Positions 45,801-60,182 of a DNA stretch of 64,000 nt are shown here, piece after piece. How positions within the stretch are numbered: position 1 is the first letter of the stretch; each line of letters opens with the position of its first letter. A model generated the notes under the pieces. The model was given only the letters and a program-made list of their open reading frames with translations. It was not told the DNA's origin and ran no database searches. Origin of the DNA: Takakia lepidozioides (Eukaryota > Plantae > Bryophyta); contig CM060732.1 in NCBI GenBank assembly GCA_030704615.1, positions 35,030,001-35,094,000 on the forward strand. Direction: 5' to 3'. The position numbers and the translations under genes were made by a program.

Positions 45801-48800
45801 TCTGGCTGAGAACCGATGCACCTCCATGAATACTTAAACGTACTTCCCAACCTGATGTCATTCACTTTCTGGCTTGGAAAGCAACCCCAGGAATGATGAA
45901 CTTCCCAATCTTCTCCATCCTCTGATCACGCAAGTGTCATGGATAGGCGCAGGCCTCTTACTTTCCCACCACAGCCATCCACCCCTGACAGACAAAGAAA
46001 GAAATATCAGTGAGCACTGTTACATATCATTTATCTCTGTGGCACGAACTGACAGCTGAACTTGGGCCTGCAACTAGACATGGATGTCAACCCACGTTTA
46101 CTGCAAACTCCCACATGCGGACAGACCCCCTTCCCCTTCTTTTCACTACCCACACAACTCATTCACTGCAGTGCAGCATGCTTCCTGTAGTGTGCGTTTT
46201 TTTCCTCTGTGCTGTCAGTGTGGATTGGCAGGTGCGCTCTGTCAGAGCCCTTGAGCCTAAATTCAGAGAAATGCAAATGATGGAACACAGGTAATGGCAG
46301 ACTGTGGGGACTTCGGCTCTTTAATTACTTATCATGATAAGTATCCCAGTTTCTTAATCTCGCCCTGGGTCACATAAAAGCACCAGAAATGAGAATAATG
46401 ATACCACCCACCAAATTTACAACCCTTCTTACTAAATCTTCTAAAAAAATTAAAAAAAGGTAAAACAAAGCTGTGGGGGCAAAAACTTGGCCACTAAATA
46501 GCCCTAGAAGAATCTTTATTGCTGTATTTATAGCCAATACGTTAACCCACTTTACAATACTTACAGTTTATTAAATGTTTCCAAGGGGACAAAAGCTGAT
46601 TGTGAATGATTACAAGGGGGGCAAGATAACTTATCATAATCAGTTTCTACTGTTTGATGCTAATTCAGAACTAAACTAAATTTGGGGGCAACTGAGTCTG
46701 GATCCAATGAAACCATAATAAGAAAAAACAAAAACAAAAAAGACAATACCTATTAGCCTTGTGGTTTGATGAATGAAAGATTCTCAACTATGAGGCTGAT
46801 GGATGAAAGATGGGGGTTAGCAGGCTAAATTTTGCATCAACCAGAGTTGAAAGGGTCCCATTTCCCCTGGCCAAGGAAATTGTTTGTGACGGTAACTATT
46901 TTTGGCCTCACCCAATATAGGGCCTTTGGATTCCCGGTCATGACTCATGTATAGATAACTTGAAGTTTATTCAGTTTCAGCAGCAGAACTTAGACTTGGA
47001 GTCAGTTTGCAGAAATGCCAGACCCAGCTTGATTTCTGTGTGAGGGAGACCAAATCCAGGTCATTACATGCTCCAAGGGGACCAGAGCTTCAGAAAGCTC
47101 TTACAAACCCCATATTATACATGTCCAGAGGCAATGATAGCCTTTGCAAAGCAATAAAAACAGAACTTCTTCAGGGCAAGTTCCTGGCAACAATGTTCCA
47201 TACAAGTAACCGTTGCCAGACCCAACAAGTTGATTATGAGAGCCCTGAGAGAGTTACCTGGATTTTGTCTCCCTGCAGAGGCAGAAATCCCGTGAAAAGC
47301 ATTCAATCGCAGACCCAGCAACACAAACAAAGATGTATGATTCAAAACGCTGAGGCAGGCTTGGTCTCATGGGAAACTTATGGCAGTCTATAATTAGCCT
47401 GAAAAGGATCATAGACTATGAGGAACCTGTTGGATGCAATTTGCAGTGCTCAAATATTTTACTCTAGGTGGTTTGGGTTGAACACAGCAGAGCCCAACTC
47501 ACATGGAGGAAAATAAACTATTAGGGTTCAGATCACCGAATAAACAGGTTTCTAGCAAAGAGGTAAAGCTTTGTGCAGTGGGTGGAAGAATGGGTGCTAT
47601 AGGTTGTTCCTGTGGCACATGACCTTCCCATGTTGCCTGCTCACCTACCCTCAGGGAAGCTTCACAGAACCAACGCGTCTTGCAAGTTGCTCTGCAATCT
47701 GCAGTCTTACAAAACTCCAATGAAAACTTAATCAGGCACTGGAATCTCAGCCCAATTAGTCCTCATATGTATTTTGTTGGCCAATTCGAAATAGTTGAAA
47801 CAGGTGGCCTAAGTGTTATCATGGTGTTATATGGTATTGATATCGCTGCTTATGCCAAGCAGCATAGTACAGGTGGAAATAGGTAGCCTAAGTTTTCTAC
47901 ATTAAAGGACACCTTCATATTAGTACTTACCTCGATGGTGATGGGTGGCCAGATAGGTGGCCAGATTCATCTCTTCTGCGTGCAAGTCATTTGCAACAAC
48001 TTAGTTTGTGTTGTTTTTTTTTAAGAGGGACGGAGGCTGTGTTGTTCAGATTGCACTGAGAACACTGCTCAATACAACACAGCCTCCGTCCCTCTTCAAA
48101 AAAAAAGAAAAAAAGAATACTGATCAGTGTTCCCACTGTTGCAAATGGTGTTTGAAATATATACCTATTGTCTGAAATGGATAGCCTGACCTCTCTCCTC
48201 GAAACTGAGGACAGGGGAGTGTGGCAACTTGCCAACAACACTTAACCCCTGAAGGACGAAATTTTGAATGGATGAAAAAACTGCAGATGAAGTAGGATGA
48301 AATCAAGCTCTGAATGAAAACTGTAGCTTATTAGATTCTGTGTGACACCCTAAAAAACCTAAAGGATTGCCTTCAGGAATTTTTGGAGTGCCAAGGGGTA
48401 CCCACAATCCGATGGTTTGAGGCCCTCCAGCAAGGTTGATTCACCATGTGGCAGGGCAGATGGGGGTGTGTGTGGGCATTTCTCCACGACGTGTGCCTGC
48501 ATGTCCGCCCGTGCGGACAACAGCAGCCCCCGGGCACGCACAAACGGTGACGGAAGATGATGGGGCAGGGCGCTCCTGTTTCTGCATCTCCTGTCCTCGC
48601 AACTACGATCAGCAGATGGTGAATCGTGATTTTAGTGTAGGGTGGGGGGGGGGGGAAGTGACTGAGCAGCAGCAAGCCTGAGGAGGGGGGGCTTCCTGGA
48701 ATGAGGGGCCCGGCACGAGGCGGTAGCCAGGTGCGTAGCCCCGAGTTTCAGGAAGGCCCCCCTCCCAGGGCCTCACCTTGCATAAAGAAACAGCCAGGAT

Positions 48801-50439
48801 TTTCTTACCCTCGATGGCTGGGATCATCGCAATCTGACGGCTCACAAGAGCAGGACCTTACGCGATGTAAGGTGCCTTCTTCTCGAGGAGAGGAGAAACC
48901 TTACGCGGCTTAAGGTGCCATGCTCACCTGGTGGGAAAATCCCTCCACGTAAGGCGCCATCCTCTCTAACTAAAAAATCCTGGCCGGGTCTTTATTTACT
49001 ATGGAATGGGCCGCCACATGACATTGTGGCGGGTAAGGTGGTGGCGAGCCGGAGGGCGAGCTGCCGCCGAAACTGCCATAATGGCATGTTGTGGCCCATT
49101 CTAGTACGTAAAGGATTGAGTCTGCCGCCCTCTCATTGGCCTGCCAGTCCTAATCAAACATATTATATTTCGTAATGTGCTAGTACAACTGGCATAATGT
49201 GCTAGTGGCATGAGGCGTAGATTTCTGCTTTTTAATCCTCCTGGAAATACGCCATATAGGGCAGGAAAAATCCTTTACGTTGGCGTTTTGCTTCTTGATC
49301 AGATTTTGAGTGCAAGCTGTTTGGTGTCATTTTTTGTGCGCTCATTTTGGGCTTTTCGCGAGTAGAATTTCTGGAGGACGCTATTGCGTTTTGTGCGATC
49401 TCTATCGTGTTTACCTTTAGAGCTCCCCGTTGTCTTTACGCCTGTTGCTTCACCTGCATTTACCTTTGCCTTAGGGCTTTGTAACCACAACCGTCTTGGG
49501 GCCTTATGCGCGCTGCGGTTCCATAGTGAAATCTGTCTTTTACATACTTTACGTTGTCTTGCATTGATTGGGTTGTGATTTGTGGGGTGCTAGGGAATCT
49601 ATGGGGCCTAAACGCAAAGTGTCAGACATGCACTTCCTCCACCCAAGCATGCAGTTGCGGCAGAAGTTGTAAGAGGCATGGGCGCAAGGGGAGTAGCATT
49701 GCACTCCCAAGCAATGCAAGGTAATCCTCGTTTGTCTTTGTCCTGATTTCCTTTGTGCTTTGCCTCCACCGCCGCTTGCCAAACGGTGGCATTGCCACCT
49801 CGTCCTCATAATTTTAGATTCTTGTGGCGTCGTCAAGTTGCCTCGGTGCTTGGTTGGAGAGAGAGAAGAGAGGAAGGGGAGAAAAAAAGTTTAAGTGAGG
49901 TTGTGAATTTGGTTTTGAGAGAGAATGTCTCGCCCCATGCCGTCAGTCAAGAATCTTAAGCAAATGGCTGGTGCGAAATGGTCGGTTCATGCAAGCGTGA
50001 CTTCGTCTCCCAAGGATGTAATGATGAGAACAACTGAGCTTGGAGAGAGAAATGATTTTGGGCGTCAGTCGAGTCAATGTGGTGTTACTCCATTCAATTT
50101 CGAAATTTGTAGGTTTGCTTTGGGAGTCTTGCATCCCAATAAGATGCATGGGGCACATGTCCTTGGTTCTTGTTTTGCTCCTACTGGCCAACACCATGGC
50201 CCCAAATATAAATTGGACAAATCATTTTTTTATGATGATTATTACTTTGGAGACTCAGCTGACGAGGCGAATTAGGAACTAATCTGCTCAAAGTAGAAGA
50301 TGAGGGTGACTCTGAACCAAACCTAGATTTTGAAAGATGTTCCAGCCTAACTCATGGAGAGAAAAAAATGACAATGAATTTATTAATGATAGGGATTCAT
50401 TCACCGGCCTGAACCTGGTCACTGCCTCCAGGATTAAGG

Positions 50440-51850
50440 GTTCTACTCCAATTTGGTATTTTCTTTTGTTTTGGAGGCAAAGTGTACTGCAGCGGGTACT
50501 ATGGACTCCAATTTGGATGGCTTTGAAGCATTGGGTGAATGCACACGTGGGGGGCCTCGGTGGAAGGAGTTGATGAGCTCCATGCTTCGATTGATGTCTG
50601 TGTTTTTATGGGGATCAAGAAGTTGCCTTAAACTAGATATAACTAGCAACACTTTGAAGTCTTGTTCTCTTGCTATGTCATCCACAAAATCATGATCCGA
50701 GATAGATATAAGGCCATACTTCGTTGTTTGCATCTTGTGGACAACGCGTGGTAGATTGCGGGAGTCCGAATTTTGATAAGCTTGGGAAGATTAGGTGGGC
50801 TTATGATAAAGTGGTTGGTAGGTGCAAGAGCTTGTGGAATCTCAACAAAAGTTTACGGTTGACGAGGTAATGATCCGTTACAAAGGGAAGTACTGTGCGA
50901 TTAGGATGTACATGCCTAACAAGCCATGCAAGTGGGGCATCAAGGTGTGGGCGTTGGCTGATTCGGAGACGAGTTATGTCTACGATTTCTCGCTTTACTA
51001 TGGAAAAAATGTTGGGGTGGGGGGAGGGCTAAGGGCGAGAGGCTGAAAAGTGGGAAGGGTGAGGACTATGATGTTGTGAGACATAGGCTTGCTATTGGAC
51101 TTCAGGTTTGGGGCATGCCTTTGTCAGTGATAATTACTTCACTTCTACTTAGCTTTTATATGACGTAGCCAAACTTGATACATGGGCCACTGGCATAGTG
51201 AGAGTCAACATGAAGGGTCTCCCTCCTTCTTTGTTATCTACGAAAAAATCTAAGACTGTCAATCAAAGCCAATCATAAAACAAGATGCATGTTTTCAAGG
51301 AGGTAAAAACAATGTTGTGGTAGGACAAGAATGAGGTATTTATGTTGTCATTTACAGCTAGGCCAGCTTGTAGGCCTTCATCTCCAGTTAGTGTGAGACA
51401 ATTTGTGTAACAACAGAGAGTATTGGTGTCATCTATGCCTGCACATATGAATATCTAACCTATATGCAAGAGGTAAATATACAAGACCAACTTCGAGGAG
51501 CTTACAGTGTGCAGCTGCGCATAAAGAAGTGATGGCATTGGCTGTTTTTTTTCCTTATGGACACAACATTGGTGAATGCATACATTTGGCATTCATGTCA
51601 TCAAGATGGCCCGGAGGCCCATGAACCATTTGGAGCTCAATCTGGCTATAGCATATGCTTTGACATCCTGTCAGAGCACTAATAACATAGACACCACGGG
51701 GGACTGCTCTTGCTCGTTTGTGCATCAGTATTTTCACACAATACATCGACAGTTGTGTGTTGTAAACCAGTTTTGGTGTCATATGTGTCGTAGATGTTTT
51801 ATGTTGGGATGTCCATGTGAGGTTTGGGGGCTGTTTCACAATTGGCCTGT
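50440..51850 (+). mobile_element. piggyBac transposase relic (DDE_Tnp_1_7), many stops and frameshifts
   Basis: DKLGKIR, TVDEVMIRYKGK...MYMPNKPCKWGIKVWALADSETSYVYDF, SDNYFTS, ATGIVRVN, QDQLR, W.LFF..MDTTLVNAYI, and a Cys-rich C-terminus. Confidence 0.88.
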
Positions 51851-52897
51851 TGCAGGGTTGAGTGGACCAAAAACAGCAGATCCTGCTCCATGAAAGTCCA
51901 TGACTAAACAATAAAAAGTTGATGATATTATTCAAAATATTTTTTTAGTTGTAGATAATGGTTTACTGAACATATTTAGTAAAGAGTCATATCCCAAATA
52001 TTAAAGATATAATTCATTAAATATTTTAGTATATTATTTAGAGAAATTATGAAAAACTAAAAATTAGAGTTTACAAAAACTTTTCAATATGCCACCTAGC
52101 CATTGAAGATTATAGGTTTTCATACTTCTAGAAAAAAAAATGACACCCAAAATCCAAAAAACAAGATGAGCTGTGGACTTTTCAAAAAACGCCTATTGTT
52201 TTTACATATATTAGTCCATATGAGTCAAATGACAAATGATTTTGTCACTTCAAATCCATACATATGATGTAGACCAAAATGGCCACCTTAAGTCCAAATT
52301 TCAATGGAATTCACCAATGGCACATAGGAGAACTTGAGTCCATTGTAATTCCATTCACTGGGGTAACAGTCCACAATGACGGTGTTATTTCTTATTGGAT
52401 TCATGATTGAGAGTTGTTATGGGTGCCTATTGAAGCTAGGAATCCAATGACATGTATATTTGCTGGTTTTAATGAGTTAATTCAAATTCAATTGATGACA
52501 CCATCAATTGCAGTCGTCTAAAACTGTGCCGGTAACGTCCATCTTGGTCCAGCCAACGCTGCATTCACCCAGTTGGTATCACATTTTGGGGGAGGGGTCA
52601 GTACAGCTTGTTTGTGAGGCTATGGATTATTGGGGTGATGCTTACTACTGGGAGGGGGGGTTATCAAGGGGTTGAACTCCCCCTCAGTTCTGGGACCAAT
52701 GAGGCATTTTATTTTACTTACCATGTTTTAGAATTGAATTGATAAAAATTATACTCTAAGTGTCATCATGTATATAATTTGTGGATGAGCCATACATATG
52801 TATGGTACATCTTGAAAGAGTATGTGCAAAATTTAATTTATTTGTTTTTTTTTTTTTTTTTTGATGAAACAAGGGACAAGGCCCTGGGTGAATGTAA

Positions 52898-53722
52898 CCC
52901 TTAAGTTCCCAAGCCTTTTCTTTGACATTTTACCAATTTTGGGTACCCAGTTGCAGTAAATTGCCCTTAGAAACCTACCGAAAATCATCCAGAGAGTCTA
53001 GCCTTATAGCAATGGGCCAGCTCATTTATGCATGACATACCAAAAAATGAGCCAAGTCCACCGTGGAAATTGTGAGATTTTAGCGTCAAATGGACTTGAC
53101 CTCAAATATCAGGTCCCAAAGAAAAAGTGAGAAAGAAATTGGTTTGACCAAATCAAAACCTAGCTTTATCCAATTTTGCCTGCCCCAAGACCCACCATTT
53201 CCAAATCAATAGTGGAGTGGCTATGACCCCACTAAATTGCAGGTCCAAATGATTTTTTCACCTATGGTTGTTATGCATGCAATTACATGGGGGTTGAAAT
53301 CTCAAAATTCACAAGAGAAAATGTGCCTCCAAATGAAGTACCTTTTTTCTACAAATTTCTTAAAAGCCAATGGTGGATGTGTGTATGTAATGCTCACACA
53401 CCACAAGGTGAAGTATTTTTTCCAAAATTGCTATTTTTCTGCCAAAAATGGCCTTTGGAGTGCAATGTTTTGGGCTTGTTTACCCGCCATGTCAGCGGTC
53501 AACAGCCCTTTTCAGGCCCCAAAACGTAAATGAGAGATCTAAGATATTTTTTTGTAGGTAGCAGCTTTTGTTTTTTTTTAACTTTGTTTTCTACATCATA
53601 CTTGAGACAAATCCCTTGTCATTAAAGCTTCAGGAGTGGGCCCCATCAGATTAGATCTGCAAAAACTAGGTCCAACTGCAAATTCAAAGTGACCCGATTC
53701 AGGTCGCTTGGGAACTTAAGGG
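52898..53722. mobile_element. Non-autonomous piggyBac-type element (825 bp)
   Basis: Perfect 17-bp TIRs CCCTTAAGTTCCCAAGC / GCTTGGGAACTTAAGGG. Flanks GTAA (left) and TTAA (right). Confidence 0.85.
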
Positions 53723-56700
53723 TTAATTTCCAGTCAGATATATTTTATTTCTAATCATTCTCAACTTTCTAATTTATTTAATAAATTAATTAGGACCCGG
53801 ACCGGACCCCAACCCGTGAAACCAGCTAAATTTTCCAACAACTATCCGGACCCCAACCCGGACCTGATTTTCCCAATTTCAAAAACCAGGATCCGGACCC
53901 GGACTTGGCTGTAGGAAAAAAAACCCGAACCCGCACAACACTCGTGGAATTACTTTCATACGGTTTAATCCCAAGGATGTTTGTCAAATGAAAGATATAC
54001 CCTTCTCATCCATGAGGGTTGGCTACAAAAAAAAGGTTCGTCCTCAAGGGATTAATGATAAGGATTAAGACAGATTTTAGACTACTGCTAAACACGGATT
54101 AGACGCCCTAACTCTGATGGGACTCCCGAGGTGACGGCGCCCTCATTACACTTACTGCTCTTACACTCACCCTCATTGTGCTAAGTACATGTACTAATAA
54201 CTATATCAGCATTCTCTTGTCCCTTACAATCCAGTGCAGTACTATTTACCGAGGCTCAGTTTCAGTGAGTGAATTGATTGCTTGGCTTTTGGAGTGAAAA
54301 CAACAGCTCAAATGACCCACATATAGCATGAATGAATTGTATTCAACAGGATTCCTATTACATAGCGACGAAGATCAGGATGGCCAAGCGTTCTCCGAAA
54401 AAATTTGTTAGACTTGAATGAGATGGCCAGGCCCTGCACAGTTTTCTAGAAAACAGAATGTCCTCAATGCTCGATCCCTGCAGCCTAAGGTACCTGCGGC
54501 CAAAAGAATCGTTTTGCCAGAGTATGTTTCTCTACTTTACAAATTGGGCTCATGGATCGAGGGTACAAAACCAGCTTTGAATTTGTCTTGCTTGTGTGTT
54601 TTTAAATGGGAGAAGGCTCTCAATCCCACGCTGAGAACATGGTTTTGTGCAATATCAAGTGCGTTCAAGTGAAGCCCTTGAGGATCCAAAGCGGCAGCTT
54701 GAAGGTTGTCACAGAAGTGAGTGCGATGGCCAAATCCCATGATATCAATTATTCTACCTATTCCTCCTCTCCCCTCTTCTTTTTGCCCACTTTAGTGCAC
54801 CTACACTCTCCCATCTCCATCGCCTCTTTTTGTTTCCGTTGTGCTTGAAATGGACTACTCCCGTGTGTGTGTGGAGCTTTCGGTTCACTTTTTCTACTTG
54901 ATGTACCTCCACCTCCTTTTCTTACACAGCTATAAAACGGCTTCATGAGCGGGAGGTGATGGAAGGGACTCTGATGGGATTGACAAGACTGCTGTGTAGG
55001 TAAGTATGTGTGTCTGCAGCTTTCTGCTCTTCGTAGACGAATTACGGAATGCCGACAGCTAATCAATTACATGGTAATTGTACAGCTCAACTTCTTTATG
55101 TTCACACCGGCAAACCGAAGCATAAGCTCTGCGTGCTTCCAGTGCAGTTATAAAAAGGCGTTAGTGTGTGAGGGGTGCCCTGGGCAAAGGAGGATGGCAG
55201 CAAGTAACTTACAGCAGGGGTGAGATGGACTGACCGCAGGAGTGGGGTCACGTGCCTGAAGCCGAGCAGCACGGGGGTTAGCAGCACTAATGTACGTGCC
55301 TTAATTACGCTTACTACTCCTGCTTATTCAGTCCTTTGCTGGCAGTCTACATGAAGCTCAGTGCGCAGTGCATTGCATCTGCCATGGCCTACCTAGGTCT
55401 TTTTCTTCACCATCATCTCTCCTGCCTTCCTCGCCCACAAATTGTACCCTATCCCTAATGTCGAACCCGTCTTCTTTCCCCGACCCGTACACTTTTCCTT
55501 GTTCATCTTTCTCATCTTAACCCTAAATATGTCGAAATCGTCTTCTTTCCCTTGGCTGCGTCCTCTCGTAATCGCATGGCCCGACCTCTTCATTCTTTTG
55601 GTCCACTTCTGGTCTACTATGATTTTCATTGTTGTTGTTTTTTTTTTTTTTTTTGGTCTTATTTATAGGAAAGGAAATCAAATGCTTTGTTCATTTGCCT
55701 CACTGAAGCTTCGTCCGTTTGTTTTCTGTTGATGATTAGATACATATGTGCAGGTAAAATACACAATTTCCCATCCCGAACAGTTCATTCTGTGTTCTCA
55801 ATTGGCATTTCTAGTTACTCCCTCAATGAAGAAAAACCAATATGTATACAGAGCAATGCACCAGGCTAGGACCTTGAACCAATTCTGGGAAACCTGATGT
55901 AGGTGCAACCCTAATCAATGCTACTTATTACAGGCTCCAATTTGGATTGGACCACGATTAGAATCAGTGACCGAGTGACATCATGTTGGTTCTCATTAGG
56001 ATTGAATTAGCTTTGATTAGAGTTCGGTTGATCAATGGATATATGGCGGCGCATTAGGGAGACACAAGTTGAGTTGATCAGGAGTAGCATATAGGAGTTT
56101 ATTCAATTGGATTGTGCTTGATTTGGTACCGATCTAATCAGATTTTGGTTGATTGCGGTATGCTTAATGAGCCCAATACCGTTGAGTTTCTGATTTGTGA
56201 TTTTATAAACTGCAAGTATTGTGAGAACTGCACCTTTACAATAAACAGAACCTGGGTCCACGCAATTTGTGCATCGGACAACATTCCATAGATACTTGGT
56301 AATGCCTCCCTGTGCAATTACTAGTTCCTACAAGTGCAAGTCATTATGTACAACAATTAAAAACTGAAGAACACTTTTAGTCTGTCCTGAAAGAGGTCTA
56401 TGCGTTCTGGTGTTAATTTACAGTTGACACACAGCCCTAGACTAATGTTTTGCTTACGAAAGATGGACGGACTTCACAAATACTATAATAAGGGCCCACT
56501 TTAGACTATTCCACAAGTACCTAATTCAATCTCGACTACAAATAGAGGTCACATAATGGAGGTGATTAAGGTGAAGTGTGGGTCAGTCTGTGCCAGCGAG
56601 CAGTGTCTCTTCTACGGGGAGCAACTGAAGTCCTCCGACCAAAGCAAGGCACAATAGAGGAGGCTCTTAAGTAAGCTCACAAAGCAAGGTAACGGTTTCT

Positions 56701-59256
56701 AGTACATGCATAATAATACATATTAGGTGCAGGCAAATCAGCACCAAAAGAAAGCTTCTCACAGGCAGCAGGCTTCATAAATGGAACTACAGTAATGCGT
56801 TTGTCTCTTCTTGTTCTGGAACAAAGCGATGGAGAAACAAAGGAAAGAGTGATGATGCTGCTCGCCTATGATTGCCTCTCTCCTGCTTGGATAGTATCTC
56901 TTGGAATGTGGGCGCAGCCAATTCTGTTTGATCTTGAGCAGGCTGCTCAGTAATTGCAATCTGGAGTCTGATCCTCAACGCGGGCTCTCCCAGACTAATA
57001 ATAAAACAATTTCCATATTTGATTGTCGATCAGTTCATTAATGTCACTCATCCGTAGGCCAGTGGCCGGATGGCAACGACAGAGGGATCGACCCTAGAAT
57101 CAGCATATCTCGTTGCTCCATCGGATGTACTTCCATCCAGAAATAAAAAGTGTCACCTTTTTTGAGATTTCATCACTCTCTTCATTGACGTCGGATGGAT
57201 GAAGTTTTCGGATGCCTGTAAGGTTCTGGTCACGTGGACAGGTTCTGGCTAAATTTAGGAGAGGGTAAGGCAGAAAATCTATTAATTGATGTTAAATTTT
57301 ATTTGTTTTAATACAATTAATTTAGTTGAAATGCCACGTCATCAGGTTCTGTCTACATGGTGTAGCCACAGATCAAAGAATATTTTCATATTATTTTATT
57401 ATTTTCCATTACTGTTTTAAAAATATGAATAACCGGCTAATAGGATAGGGCTTAGCGAATTGAAAGCAGAGAATTTATTATTTTATTTATTTATTTATTA
57501 AAATTTTATTTGATTATTTTGAGCGGTTTCCAAAATGACCATGTCCAACCTACATGCCATGTACATAGACATACTAAGGTACATGTATGATTTTCTACAG
57601 CCTATACAAGGGGTGCCTTGTGAGTTTTCCGCCACTACATCTGCCGCTCCGCTATCTCACCTAATAAGTGGTGTCAATGATCATATCCCATAGTTTCTTT
57701 TTTTTCCATCAAAGACTTTTATTGCAGATGGTGGAAAAAACAATATATCCCATACGCTATGACCACAACATCCAGCCAGAGATAATCCTGTTTGAATAAT
57801 GAGAAGCGATGGAGAGTGTGGAGATTCTCATGACAACTCTTCTAGTGATGGTGATGAATGAAGACTCGCAATTTCTACACGTCGGCGGCTTACATGCATC
57901 CAAGAATGCATGTTGGGTTGTGTGGGGGGGGGGCAATTTAGCATTCATGAGACTACAAAGGGTGACAATTTAGCGTTGTGGCATTTGTTCACCACTTTGG
58001 CCTACAAGCGAAGCCATACGTGGCCGGTCATGTTAGTAGGTTTGTTTCATGCTTGGGTCCGGACCATGTTGGATGGATATATTGATTCAAATATACCCTT
58101 AGGGTATAAGTAGATTATTTTTGTCAAATCATTTATCCTCCGGAAATGGATAATTTGAAATCTCAAAAGTTTATTTACCCTGGGGTATGGGTAAATTAAC
58201 TTATCAGATTTCTATATAACCCCCAGGTAAGGATATATATGCCAAAATATATCATGAGGGTATGGATAGTTTCCCGGTATGGATAATTATTTAAATCAAT
58301 ATACAATTTAATTGTTTTTAAAATTGTGATGTTTCCAATACAAAACAAAAGAACAATCTATCGTAAAAGAGAAAATTGATGAGATATTGCATAATATTTT
58401 GGCTTTGCCAATGCAAGAGGAAGGAGGCTTGAGATTCAAAAAATATATGCAGGATCTGAAGAAGTTTTCTTTGGGCCATATGACATTTTAGGAATGATAG
58501 ATATGAAACCTTTGTTTTAGTTGTGATTGGAGCTTTCTTACAGCTGAAGGCTCCCAACAACACAACCAAAAAGAGAGAAGACCTAGCACATAAAGGTCAT
58601 AGGGCACTAATCTTATGTCCCAAGAGAATCTCCCCCTTATTCTGCATAGACAAAAAACTACTAGATTTTTCTAGATGGGTGAGATCCCCTAAAAGTACCT
58701 CCATGCTAAATGTCACCTCAAATGCTACCGCCATGGCTATGTTACCTTATATACCCTGATTAGATATATCCTCATTTTAACATATACCCCTCAGAAAAGT
58801 AGGGTATATTGGACTTCTTGATGCAGGTAAATATAAGGATAAGGGTATATCATTTTTATAAAAAAATCTAATATAAGGGTATACATCCAAGTACCTAAAC
58901 TTGCCACAACAGGGTATATATTTATCAATATACCCTGATATACCCGGTGTTGTTTTTTGACAGGTAGCCCTACCTTTTTTTGTGACAGGTTAGTTTTTTT
59001 CTTGACTTTCCCTGTGACAGACAACTTTGAGAAAATGCCTTTCACATGATTGGTTGAAAGACTTTTGACCTTTCACATAACCATGTCATATGAAATTAAA
59101 ATGAAAAATGAAAAGGTATGTAGAATTTAGGATCAGGCTGGTCTGGTCCCTAATACCAGGGTTGGTACTCGAGTCTGACACCCATACCAGACCAACACTG
59201 GTTATGACACATCCCTACTTTTATTTTTATTTTTTAGTTTTTTGTAATAATAAACT

Positions 59257-59868
59257 AGGGTAGCCTGTGTCGTTGGCCCAAGTGTCCAGTGTCATCTAAG
59301 TCCAAGTGCAATCTCCTATGTATCCAAGTGTATCTCCTATGTTGAAGCCCATGTGTGAAGAATTGAAGTCTAAGCCCAAGTGCAATTGTTTATTCATGTA
59401 TCCAAGTGCATCTCCCATGTAGAGGCCCAAGTGTCGTTATCTAAGCTGAAGTACAATCTCCTATGTATCAAGTACGTCTCCCATGTCAAGGCCCAATTTA
59501 TTTTTTTTCCATGAATTTATTGAGTAGTAATATATCCAATCATTATTCATATAGGGTAGCCTGTGCCGTTGGCCCAAGTGTCAAGTGTCATCTAAGCCCA
59601 AGTGCAATCCCCTATGTATCCAAGTGCGTCTCCTATGTCGAGGCCCATCTAAGCCCAAGTGCAATCTTTTATTCATGTATCCAAGTGCATCTCCCATGTA
59701 GAGCCCCAATTGTCTACTGTCATCTAAGCGCAAGTCCAATCTCCTATGTATCCAGTGCAATTCCCTCTGTATCCAAGTGCGTCTCCTATGTCGAGGCCCA
59801 AGTGCAACCTCTAGGCCCTAAGGTAGCCTCTGCCGTTGGCCCAAGTATCTAGTGTCATCTAAGTCCAT
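59257..59868. repeat. Degenerate CCAAGTG-core minisatellite with a ~296-bp higher-order duplication
   Basis: AGGGTAGCCTGTG..GTTGGCCCAAGTGTC at about 59257 and 59553, partial at 59821. Many CCAAGTG subunits. Confidence 0.85.
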
Positions 59869-59944
59869 ATTGTGGTGCTAATGTGTGTTAATTATAAATA
59901 TATATTTTGTTTGAGGAAGGTTGGAGTTAGGCATTTGCCAGTTA

Positions 59945-60135
59945 AAGTCCGTTGGTCAGTCTACTCGCCGATAAGTCTGTTGGTGAGTCCGCTCGTCAAT
60001 TGTCAATCCGCTCGCCAGTCCGCCGGTCGGTCTGCTAGCCAATCGCTAGTCTGCTGGTCAGTCCGTTCGCCAGTTGGAGTCAGTCTGCTGGAGGAATCAG
60101 TCTGTTGGAGGGTCTGGCCGGTCCGCTAGAAGGTC
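59945..60135. repeat. Low-complexity GTCCGC/GTCTGC repeat
   Basis: Direct read. Confidence 0.6.
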
Positions 60136-60182
60136 CGCCGCTCCCCAATGGATGGCAATTTGTTCCAGTTCAATCCGAGCGA

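Noticed and set aside
48242-52675. Exact termini of the autonomous piggyBac
   Set aside because: Left TTAACCCCTG and right CAAGGGGTTGA match only weakly, so boundaries were not called.
56430-56670. Faint ubiquitin-like peptides (RLMF..KDGRT; EQCLFYGEQL)
   Set aside because: Too short and frameshifted to support without an HMM search.
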